A DNA stretch of 17,279 bases from Candidatus Hodarchaeum mangrovi. Lineage in GTDB: Archaea; Asgardarchaeota; Heimdallarchaeia; Hodarchaeales; Hodarchaeaceae. The notes beneath the pieces were generated by a model. It worked only from the letters and a program-made list of their open reading frames with translations. It made no database searches and had not been told where the DNA came from. The translations under genes and the position numbers were made by a program. How positions within the stretch are numbered: the stretch's first letter is position 1; each line of letters starts with the position of its first letter. Shown here one piece after another: positions 8,200-16,270 of this stretch. Location of the stretch: positions 1-17,279 of the forward strand of contig JAEOUE010000267.1 in assembly GCA_016839515.1 (NCBI GenBank), in the 5' to 3' direction.

Positions 8200-8868
8200 T
8201 TATTTCATTCGATAAGAACATTGAACTGTTTTACAGTATATACATCGATTTTCCCATCGGGATTGTCTAATATTCTCAGCTATATTTATTGCAAATGAAA
8301 TTGACTTGATTGGAACCATTAAATAGCCACTAGTCAGGTGAACTTCAATTTTATGAGCAGGAAGTAGTTTAAAAATTAATTCCTGATCTCTTAAATCCCA
8401 ATTACAATAACCGGGACTATAACGTCTCGAACACTCAAATGGAGATCTTTTTGTTAATTTATGTATCTCAGAATCTACTATATCAGCGAGATATTCAACC
8501 CCCGCAGAACCAATTGCATCCAATATGACTCCATCTAAATATTTGCCTAAAACCATCAAATTATTAACTTCTTCAGGTAGAGCTTTACCTAAAGTTACAA
8601 TTACTAATGCTACTTTTTTAACTTCTTCGAAACATTCGCGAGCGGGGAGGTCTGATCGATTAAAAATACTATATATGGATTTTGGTTGAAATAAAAATTG
8701 AGCTTTTTGTTTTAATTTATCCAACCGACTGAAAAATTCCTTCTTACTAGCTTTCCCCGCTAAAAGAGGGGATCCATTCCTTTTAGTAAGATAATTAAGT
8801 ATATCTTGATCTTGTATATTGCATAATTGATAGATTTTTTGATAATACATCGTTTGGACATGTTCCAT
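8200..8868 (-). CDS. Stand-alone vitamin B12-dependent methionine synthase activation (SAM-binding reactivation) domain protein
   Basis: 'VTLGKAL', 'ILDAIGSAGVEYLAD', 'RYSPGYCNWDLRDQ', 'HLTSGYLMVPIKSIS', C-terminal 'CIYCKTVQCSYR'. Start is 8868 or ATG 8850. Confidence 0.88.
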   Translation of the reverse strand: MEHVQTMYYQKIYQLCNIQDQDILNYLTKRNGSPLLAGKASKKEFFSRLDKLKQKAQFLFQPKSIYSIFNRSDLPARECFEEVKKVALVIVTLGKALPEEVNNLMVLGKYLDGVILDAIGSAGVEYLADIVDSEIHKLTKRSPFECSRRYSPGYCNWDLRDQELIFKLLPAHKIEVHLTSGYLMVPIKSISFAINIAENIRQSRWENRCIYCKTVQCSYRMK

Positions 8869-8946
8869 CTAGACTGATTAAACTTGCATGATCGAAAGAC
8901 AATGTAAAAAACAGTGAGGAAATTCCTAACTAGTCTAGTATAAAGC

Positions 8947-8958
8947 AATTTATAAATT
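8947..8958. promoter_or_regulatory. Palindromic TATA-like element AATTTATAAATT in the divergent intergenic region
   Basis: Perfect 12-bp palindrome reading TTTATAAA on both strands, between divergent starts at 8868 and 9025. Confidence 0.35.
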
Positions 8959-9024
8959 TTAGTGAAATATTACCCTAAGAGAGTTTTTAATTTATTTAAA
9001 AAAATTTATAGAAGAGTAAATTAG

Positions 9025-10302
9025 ATGTTAGAAGACCTTCTAGAATCATTTATTCCACTTTTCCTTTTGATTTGTGTTAATCTAGCAGTTATATTCCGCA
9101 GGATTGGAAAACTGAAAGTTCCTGCATGGACTGCCTTTATGATTGCTGCGCTAATCTTAATTCTGCTTCAACCAGGCGCTTATGAAAGGGCTGTCATAGT
9201 TATCGGAAAACAGGTTCATGTTTTAATCTTCCTTTTTGGAATGTTTGTCTTGGTCACTGCTTTAGATATTAGCGGATCCTTGGAGGAACGGGGAAAATCA
9301 CTCCTCTTAAAAGGAAAATCACCTAAAGGATTACTACTTTTAATCCATTTCGGTTTAGGTCTCGCTGCAAGCTTACTTGTGAACGACACAGTGGCAATTA
9401 TTGGTCCCATCTTATTAATTGCCTTTACAAAGCAGGTACGTAAATACCCAAAGCCGTATATCCTAGCAATCTGTTATGCATTAACTTTTGGGTCAGCATT
9501 ATTACCAACAGGGAATCCTCAAAATTATATTCTAGCTATTGCAGGAGGTATTAGCTTTTTAGAATTTGGGATTTGGGCTCTTTTCCCTACCTTTTTTTCT
9601 CTCTTTGGAAGTTATGTCCTCTTAAAGTATCTGCTTAAATCTGAGTTCAACGAAATTAAATTTCCTATTATCCCAGCCATTGCAGAAAAACATGAATTAG
9701 AATCTTTACAAAGACCTTCAGAAGGTTTTTTTGTGGTTCTAATAATTGGTTTAATTCTCTCCTCCTTTATTACTCAAATTTCAATTACTCTAATAATTCT
9801 TCTTATTACAGGGATTTTCTTATTTATTGTAAATGAAAGAGACCAAATACTAGAGAAACTCAATTGGGAGGTCATCCTCTTTTTCATGGGTATGTTTGTA
9901 GTCTTAGATGCTGTTGTGTCTTCCAATCTCTTTGTAAATACTATTTCCCCTTTTCTCAATCAATTAGAATTCAATTTTACAAGCTTTGTAATCTTTATAC
10001 TAATTATATTTCTTCTTTGTCAGGTATTATCAAATGTTCCAGTAGCCATTCTCATTACAGGAATACTACCTGGAACTCCGTTAGATCACCCCATATTTTG
10101 GATGACCGCAGCTTTAACTACTACATTTGCGGGAGCAACTACTGTTATAGGAGCAGCTAGCAATATTATTGTCATTGATACAGCAGCTGAACGTGGTGTT
10201 GAAATTACCTGGTGGGACTTCACGAAGTTTGGTATCCCAATCTCAATTCTGAGTCTAATTCCAATTCTTATGATTGGATTATTATTTTTTATTTTGGGTT
10301 AA
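9025..10302 (+). CDS. ArsB/NhaD (IT superfamily; SLC13/CitMHS/YbiR-like) anion permease
   Basis: About 11-12 TM segments; 'FLFGMFV', 'LLVNDTVA', 'FGSALLPTGNPQN', 'NWEVILFFMGMFVV', 'LSNVP', 'FAGATTVIGAASNIIV', 'ITWWDFTKFG'. Confidence 0.9.
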   Translation: MLEDLLESFIPLFLLICVNLAVIFRRIGKLKVPAWTAFMIAALILILLQPGAYERAVIVIGKQVHVLIFLFGMFVLVTALDISGSLEERGKSLLLKGKSPKGLLLLIHFGLGLAASLLVNDTVAIIGPILLIAFTKQVRKYPKPYILAICYALTFGSALLPTGNPQNYILAIAGGISFLEFGIWALFPTFFSLFGSYVLLKYLLKSEFNEIKFPIIPAIAEKHELESLQRPSEGFFVVLIIGLILSSFITQISITLIILLITGIFLFIVNERDQILEKLNWEVILFFMGMFVVLDAVVSSNLFVNTISPFLNQLEFNFTSFVIFILIIFLLCQVLSNVPVAILITGILPGTPLDHPIFWMTAALTTTFAGATTVIGAASNIIVIDTAAERGVEITWWDFTKFGIPISILSLIPILMIGLLFFILG

Positions 10303-11801
10303 TCTAATCTTGAACTAGGAAAAATGAGGGCATTTTCAATAAATAATGCTAAATCCTTTCTTAACTTTACCAGAGATGGAGGGTGGAGATACATCATATG
10401 ACCTGCTTCATAATATGCCATTATGATATTTTTTCGCAATCCCGAATCCAATCCAAGATGATTAAACGTATATTTGGTTGCCAAAAAAGGTGTTGCAAGA
10501 TCGTAATATCCATTTCCTACAAAGACCTTTAAAAATGGGTTCTTACTCATCGCATCCCTTAGAGTTTCTGCTACATTCAAATACTGATTATGATAATCTT
10601 CATATTTCCAAGTTTTATAGATTGGACTAAGTATTTCATAAGGCAAATCATTTTGATAATTTAACTCTGTAAATACGTAATGATTGAAGGTTGCAGTGTA
10701 TGGACCTTGTATCGCTGAATAACTTGGATCATATTCAGGTTCTGCATTACTGTCATCTCTTTCAATACCTAAATATCTAGTATCTAATCTACCTACTGTT
10801 CGATGTTTCTTCCGCAATAGTTCTTTACAAAACTTATAGATATTGATTCTAAGATTTACTCCTGCTATATATTCACGGGATAAACCCGTTAAGTCTGCTA
10901 ATCTTTCAAGTATTTGTACTCGTTCTTCTTTGGGTATAGTATCTCCTTTCATTAATGCTAATGTATATTCTTTTAAAGTAAATGAAGTAACTTCCTCTAT
11001 TGTTTTTTGTAAGTCCTTCTGTCTTTCAGGAGATAATAATTTATGGTACCAAGCAGTTGCAGTATAAGTTGGTAAAAATAGGATGTATGGAAGATCATTC
11101 CCTGGATTGAAACGAGCTGTTTGGAAGTTTAAAATAGAAGAAATAAGCATAATCCCATTTAAAAACATACCTAGATCATCTTGTAGGACCCCTGATAGAC
11201 CAGCTGCGCGTGTAGTTCCATAGCTCTCTCCAATTAAAAATTTTGGTGAAGCCCAGCGTTTTGAACGAGAAGTAAATAGTCGAATGAACTCTGCAACAGA
11301 TTTCAGGTCTTTCTTATATTCATGAAATTGTGTGTTCTTTTCTCCTGGTACAGCCCGTGAAAAACCAGTACTGACTGGATCAATGAATACCAAGTCTGTT
11401 AAATCTAATAGCGAATAATTATTATCTACAAGTCTATAAGGAGGATTGACTGGTTTTTCATTTGCTTCAGCAATAACTCTTCTAGGTCCTAATACTCCTA
11501 AATGCAACCATACAGATGAGGATCCAGGACCTCCATTGAAAGAAAAGGTAATTGGTCGTTTCGAAATATCAGAAATACCATCTCTTATATAGGCAATATA
11601 AAAGATAGATGCTTTGGGTTTTGGTTCCTTTCCTTCTTCCTCTTCCTTAATAAGAAGAGTACCAACTTGAGCGGTGTAATCGATTTCCTGTCCATCGATT
11701 ATTACTCTATGAGTAGTTGTAACCAATTCCTCTTTAGGAATTTTTGGTTTTTCTATATCCTCTTTTTTCTCTTTGGAATTGCTTTTTTCATCGTCAGTCA
11801 T
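10299..11801 (-). CDS. Peptidase S10 serine carboxypeptidase
   Basis: 'FNGGPGSSS', 'FIDPVSTGFS', catalytic Ser 'GESYG', Asp 'GYYDLATP', His 'YEAGHMMY'; no signal peptide; stop overlaps the permease stop (TTAA 10299-10302). Confidence 0.95.
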   Translation of the reverse strand: MTDDEKSNSKEKKEDIEKPKIPKEELVTTTHRVIIDGQEIDYTAQVGTLLIKEEEEGKEPKPKASIFYIAYIRDGISDISKRPITFSFNGGPGSSSVWLHLGVLGPRRVIAEANEKPVNPPYRLVDNNYSLLDLTDLVFIDPVSTGFSRAVPGEKNTQFHEYKKDLKSVAEFIRLFTSRSKRWASPKFLIGESYGTTRAAGLSGVLQDDLGMFLNGIMLISSILNFQTARFNPGNDLPYILFLPTYTATAWYHKLLSPERQKDLQKTIEEVTSFTLKEYTLALMKGDTIPKEERVQILERLADLTGLSREYIAGVNLRINIYKFCKELLRKKHRTVGRLDTRYLGIERDDSNAEPEYDPSYSAIQGPYTATFNHYVFTELNYQNDLPYEILSPIYKTWKYEDYHNQYLNVAETLRDAMSKNPFLKVFVGNGYYDLATPFLATKYTFNHLGLDSGLRKNIIMAYYEAGHMMYLHPPSLVKLRKDLALFIENALIFPSSRLD

Positions 11802-11820
11802 TATTCTCAGGGCCTCGTTA

Positions 11821-13035
11821 TCATTCTTCCAAATTTAATTCGTTTTTAACTACTTCCCATTTTTCATGATGAATTATTAACGTTTTGATCTGGTGAACAT
11901 TTATTTTGGATCCAATAAGGATTGCTCCTTGAATTTTACCCTCTTTAAAGAATAATTTTTGATAAATCCTTTGTTGAAAGTCACGAATGATCCCCTTCTC
12001 CTCAATTCCAGGTCCTAGTTCAATATCGCCAATCGAAGTAAGATCTATTCCAGCAATCTTAAGGGTTGTCCAAGGAAGCGTTCCCGTATATGGTACCCTC
12101 GTTCCTAAAATGTTTATTGCAGCAATCTTAGCTTGATCGACTGCAGTGGGAATAATACCAAATTTTGAACCAGGAAAAGAGTCAATATTCACAGCATCCC
12201 CTGCTGCATAAACATCAGGAATATTTGTTTGCATAAAAGGATTGACAACAATTGCATATTCTCCAATAGTAATTCCTGCATCTCTGGGGAGAGTATTATC
12301 ATTCCGAACACCAGTAGCATTACAGAGAAAATCACATTCGTGAGTCCATAATCCTGAATGATCCCGTAGTTCGATTTTCACTTCCTCATCATTCTTTCGG
12401 ATTATCTGCTCACTTATTGTATTGAATATAAAACTTGTATCAAAGGTTTTATCAAGTAAACGATTTAAAAATTGACCCCCTTCAGGGTCTAATTGCTTTC
12501 TTAGAAGATATGGAGACCTATCAATTATGGTTGGTTGGATATCTATGTCAGATAATGTCTTTGCTAACTCTACGGACAAAAGACCTCCACCTAGAATCGT
12601 GGCTTTTCCCGTAGTACTCCTTTCTGCTTTTTCTCGAATAGCGAGAGCATCATCAATATTTCTTAAACAATATAGAGGACCATCACGAATACCTGGAATC
12701 GGAGGAATAAATGGTTTTGACCCAGTGGCTATCAAAAGTTTATCATATTTTAATTCTGACTTGTCTGCGCATATAATTGATTTTTTTTGACAACGAATTT
12801 TAATAACACAATGACCAAGAAGGAGGTTAATGTTATTTTTATCATACCAATTTTCGGGGTATCTAAAAATTTGAGAGGGACTTTTACCCAAAATTATCTT
12901 GTAAATTGATGGACGAGGATAAGGGGGAAAGCGATCCTCACTCACCATAGTGATGTCAATCTCATCTGAATTTTGCCGCATAATACTGGCAGCATTTATT
13001 CCTGCATGGCCAGTTCCGATGATAATGACATGCAC
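11821..13035 (-). CDS. FAD/NAD(P)-dependent oxidoreductase (NADH:rubredoxin reductase / NirB N-terminal-like)
   Basis: 'IIGTGHAG', 'PYPRP', 'YDKLLIATGS', 'LRNIDDA', 'ILGGGLLSVE', 'ATGVR', 'TNIPDVYAAGD', 'TTLKIAGIDLTSIG'; GTG start with AGGTGAT at 13042-13048. Confidence 0.9.
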   Translation of the reverse strand: MHVIIIGTGHAGINAASIMRQNSDEIDITMVSEDRFPPYPRPSIYKIILGKSPSQIFRYPENWYDKNNINLLLGHCVIKIRCQKKSIICADKSELKYDKLLIATGSKPFIPPIPGIRDGPLYCLRNIDDALAIREKAERSTTGKATILGGGLLSVELAKTLSDIDIQPTIIDRSPYLLRKQLDPEGGQFLNRLLDKTFDTSFIFNTISEQIIRKNDEEVKIELRDHSGLWTHECDFLCNATGVRNDNTLPRDAGITIGEYAIVVNPFMQTNIPDVYAAGDAVNIDSFPGSKFGIIPTAVDQAKIAAINILGTRVPYTGTLPWTTLKIAGIDLTSIGDIELGPGIEEKGIIRDFQQRIYQKLFFKEGKIQGAILIGSKINVHQIKTLIIHHEKWEVVKNELNLEE

Positions 13036-13229
13036 TTATTCATCACCTTGTTATCTAGAGTTTTGAACCTCAAATGACCAATTATCTTGTAATTTCTAAT
13101 CTTTTTTTACTAAAAAGTATTCAACTATTGATTGGGTATTGTCTTACGAAATTATTAGATTCTGGATTTTTCTAATTTCCCAATATTAAAAACTATCAAG
13201 TAAGAGACTACTTTCGAGAAACTGCCGCT

Positions 13230-13250
13230 AAAAAAAAGTATAACAAAAAA
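13230..13250 (-). terminator. Possible archaeal oligo-T terminator
   Basis: Minus strand reads TTTTTTGTTATACTTTTTTTT about 110 nt downstream of the wHTH gene stop; the AT-rich background weakens the call. Confidence 0.3.
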
Positions 13251-13356
13251 GTTTAATCTAGAAATAGCATAATCTAAAAATATTGATGAAGATTATTTCT
13301 TACAAGATTTATTATTAAATGTTCAAAAACTAAATTATGAAAAATTTTTGAAATTT

Positions 13357-13872
13357 TTAATTATTAAAATCAATCTCTTCATCCTTACGCTGATAAAGAG
13401 AATAAAACCGTACAAACGAATAAATTGTACCTAACAGAGCGTTGGCAAATAATAGAGTAAGCATTGGTTCCCACATTTTTAATAGAAAAAATAAAAGAGC
13501 AAGTGATAAAGAAGAAGCGCTAAAAGCAAGGATAAAGGCTTCTTTAGGTAAATATTTTCCTTTTAAAACAAAAAATTCTTCATATGAACCAAGAGGGAGT
13601 AATTCTGATACTTGATATCTATTATCAGCTGTTTTTTTCACTAAATTGTAGGATTCTAATTTTTTAAGGTGGTAAGCTGCAATAGAAACACTACTAAAAT
13701 TGAGTCTCTGGTATATTTCCCGAACACCAAAATCCTGATCTTTCCCTCTTGCAAGTAATAGATATACTTGTAAAGTTTTCCCTTTAATCTCTCTGCGTAA
13801 GTCCTCGATTTCTATATTTCCTAGTGCTATAGTTCCATCAATAGTATCTAAAACGTCTGTTTTAGTATTCAC
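13357..13872 (-). CDS. Winged helix-turn-helix protein with two C-terminal TM helices (membrane-anchored regulator)
   Basis: 'GKTLQVYLLL...GVREIYQRLNFSSVSIAAYHLKKLESYNLVKK...YQV' wHTH pattern, followed by hydrophobic 'AFILAFSASSLSLALLFFLL' and 'MLTLLFANALLGTIYSFV'. Confidence 0.82.
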   Translation of the reverse strand: MNTKTDVLDTIDGTIALGNIEIEDLRREIKGKTLQVYLLLARGKDQDFGVREIYQRLNFSSVSIAAYHLKKLESYNLVKKTADNRYQVSELLPLGSYEEFFVLKGKYLPKEAFILAFSASSLSLALLFFLLKMWEPMLTLLFANALLGTIYSFVRFYSLYQRKDEEIDFNN

Positions 13873-13897
13873 AGAGAACGCCTTTTATCTTTCTATT

Positions 13898-14737
13898 CTA
13901 TAAATTAGTTGTATTGATATTTTTTATATGGGTTTTCACATAATCGCTGAATGTTTGATGAAATTCATTGAAGTTTTCATTAAACTCCATATAATGGGTT
14001 ATTCCTGAACTAAATACTGTAAATTCATCACCATAAGCTGTCCATTCATAGGGAATATACTTAGTATATTCTAACCATCCATCCTTATGTGCATCAATAA
14101 CAATGGATGTATGATTCTCAAAAGTAAGAGTAATAGATAATACCCACTGATCAGGAACAATAAAATCTGCTTTACTACCCTCCATCTCAGTATCTGGATT
14201 TTTTTCATACCCTAAAGTAGAAAAATTAATTGATGGCATTTTACTGGCATAAAAAATCAATTCACTAAACAGCATCACTTCAAACACAATATAAGTATCA
14301 TGAACATATATAGGAGGATTATCTGTTGCATATGTTGTACATACATTCCATTGATTATATTGGCGTCCTGGAAAAGGAGTAATTCTCCATGTTGTACAAT
14401 TATCTGGGAAATTCTCCTTTTCTGGATGAGCGGGAGAATTCCTAAAGAACCAAACAGCAACCAGAAAAGGATCTGAATAGTTAAGATATGAACTATTGAA
14501 TTCCCTGTAAGCAATTTGAAGAGAATTAATTGGAAAAAGAAAACTTGAGATATTATGAAAACTAAAACTAATATCATATATTCGATCGGGGAAATCATAA
14601 ATTGATTCGATAGGCTTTGGAAAAAAATAGTCCGTTAAGAGAAGTGGAGTGATAAAAATACCACCAAAAGTCAGAAAGCCGGTCAGCATAATCCCATAGA
14701 AAGTATTTTTATACATTTTACTCATTTTGCTCATCAT
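13898..14737 (-). CDS. Hypothetical N-terminally anchored extracellular protein
   Basis: 279-aa ORF; basic N-terminus plus one hydrophobic helix 'FYGIMLTGFLTFGGIFITPLLL'; 7 N-x-S/T sequons; no family recognised. Confidence 0.7.
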   Translation of the reverse strand: MMSKMSKMYKNTFYGIMLTGFLTFGGIFITPLLLTDYFFPKPIESIYDFPDRIYDISFSFHNISSFLFPINSLQIAYREFNSSYLNYSDPFLVAVWFFRNSPAHPEKENFPDNCTTWRITPFPGRQYNQWNVCTTYATDNPPIYVHDTYIVFEVMLFSELIFYASKMPSINFSTLGYEKNPDTEMEGSKADFIVPDQWVLSITLTFENHTSIVIDAHKDGWLEYTKYIPYEWTAYGDEFTVFSSGITHYMEFNENFNEFHQTFSDYVKTHIKNINTTNL

Positions 14738-14883
14738 TTATTAATGAAATTTCAAGGAATTTAATCCTATACTTAGAACAGATGATGTTCGAATATTAGT
14801 ACATACAATAATTCAATAATAAACAAATAATATCAAATTATTTTTTATTTTTACAACATATCCTCAATTTAGACGGTCAAACC

Positions 14884-14910
14884 ATTCATTAATAATGGTG
14901 ATTAATGAAT
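14884..14910. repeat. Perfect 10-bp inverted repeat ATTCATTAAT-N7-ATTAATGAAT
   Basis: Read directly from the sequence; intergenic between ogt and the 14737 start. Confidence 0.6.
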
Positions 14911-15046
14911 CAATCTTTACTTATCTTTATATTTAGGAATTTCCAATGAAGATTGAATCTTGATCTAAAATTAATTAACTAATAAAAAGAATTAGTCTTT
15001 AGAGGAATCAAGAATCTACTTATTTTTACTCTTAAAGGCTTTAAAT

Positions 15047-15532
15047 CTAGAAATATTTATGGAGAGTATTTTTTTCATGATTCAATAGCCATTGCTTCCT
15101 CCAAATTCCACCACGGTAGCCTGTGAGCTTGCCATTACTCCCAATCACCCGATGGCAAGGGATGATTATTGGAAGTTTGTTCATAGCATTAGCATTACCG
15201 ACAGCACGATTAGCCTTAGGTAAGTCAATACTTTGAGCTATCTGAGCATAGGATCGTACCTTTCCGTGTTTAATCTTACTTACTTCTTTCCAAACTTTTT
15301 TTTGAAATTCTGTACCATTAAGCTCGAATGGTACAGTAAATTCTTTTCTAGCTCCTTGAAAATATTCATTCAGCTGTGTTATACACTCAGCTATGATTGG
15401 TAACTCAGATTTTGCATTAAGATCTATCTCCTCATCATCAATATATCTTAGGCTGATTAGTACATTATTTTTAACCCTAATCTCAATGATACCAATTGGC
15501 GAATTATAATAAACCTTTTCTATCTTATTCAT
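15047..15532 (-). CDS. ogt: Methylated-DNA--[protein]-cysteine S-methyltransferase
   Basis: 'SPIG', 'QLNEYFQG', 'GTEFQKKVW', 'RAVGNA', active site 'IIPCHRVIG', 'LTGYRGG...KQWLL'. Confidence 0.96.
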   Translation of the reverse strand: MNKIEKVYYNSPIGIIEIRVKNNVLISLRYIDDEEIDLNAKSELPIIAECITQLNEYFQGARKEFTVPFELNGTEFQKKVWKEVSKIKHGKVRSYAQIAQSIDLPKANRAVGNANAMNKLPIIIPCHRVIGSNGKLTGYRGGIWRKQWLLNHEKNTLHKYF

Positions 15533-16115
15533 AAGAAAATACTCCTGGATTTACCCCAAATTCTTTAATAAACGCTTGTCTAAATCCACTACTCGATTTG
15601 AATCCAGATTGTAATCCTGCAGCTGAAGTATTCATTCCTGATTTTATCAGAGTCATTGCATAGTTTAAACGCACTTTTCTATGGTATTGAACTGGAGTTT
15701 CACGGTATATTTTTCTAAATTGCTCCCTAATTGTTGTTATTTCGACTCCTGTTATATTTTCAAATTCCTTTCGGGTCACACGCCTATTTTTTATTTTATT
15801 CAATTTGTTAACAAGATTTTTTAGCCAAGGAGGAGTTGTATCGGGAAAATCAGCAGCTTTACATCTCAAACATCCCCGATAACCTGCTTTTTCAGCCAAT
15901 TCTTTTGTTTCAAATAATTCAATATTGGTCGATAGAGGACGTTTAGCTTTACAAGATGGGAGACAATAAATGTGAGTCGTTTTTACTCCAAAATAAAATA
16001 GCCCATTAAAATCAGGATCACAATTATAAATAGCCTTTAATAGTTCTTGTTTATTCATTAACGAAAAATCATTCTTTTTCCTTACCTTGTCAACAGAAGA
16101 ATGAGCTTTTGGCAT
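15525..16115 (-). CDS. adaA: Ada-family methylphosphotriester-DNA methyltransferase / AraC-type regulator (AdaA-like)
   Basis: Ada Zn-binding domain 'FYFGVKTTHIYCLPSC...AEKAGYRGCLRC' followed by AraC-type HTH 'FRKIYRETP...RLNYA...SGFKSSSGFRQAFIKEFGVNP'; overlaps the ogt start by 8 nt. Alternative start ATG 16058. Confidence 0.9.
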   Translation of the reverse strand: MPKAHSSVDKVRKKNDFSLMNKQELLKAIYNCDPDFNGLFYFGVKTTHIYCLPSCKAKRPLSTNIELFETKELAEKAGYRGCLRCKAADFPDTTPPWLKNLVNKLNKIKNRRVTRKEFENITGVEITTIREQFRKIYRETPVQYHRKVRLNYAMTLIKSGMNTSAAGLQSGFKSSSGFRQAFIKEFGVNPGVFSYE

Positions 16116-16142
16116 AATTCAACCTTATTTTTGAAACCTTAA

Positions 16143-16164
16143 GTTTTTTATGCTGTTTTTTATG
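16143..16164 (-). repeat. Perfect 10-bp direct repeat CATAAAAAAC-AG-CATAAAAAAC upstream of adaA
   Basis: Plus strand GTTTTTTATG at 16143-16152 and 16155-16164. Confidence 0.55.
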
Positions 16165-16270
16165 AAAGGAATTCTAAGTTTTATCTTTAGGTTGAGATTA
16201 TTTCCAAGAAAAAAATAATCAAAATTTTTACCATATAGGATTTCTACTAAAATGCCTTAATTATCAATTT

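Noticed and set aside
13862-13900. TAG read-through fusing the extracellular protein to the wHTH-TM protein
   Set aside because: Read-through continues in a different frame from the GTG at 13872 and meets TAA after 11 codons.
14825-14843. Inverted repeat AAATAAT-N5-ATTATTT
   Set aside because: Pure A/T 7-mer arms in a very AT-rich spacer; expected by chance.
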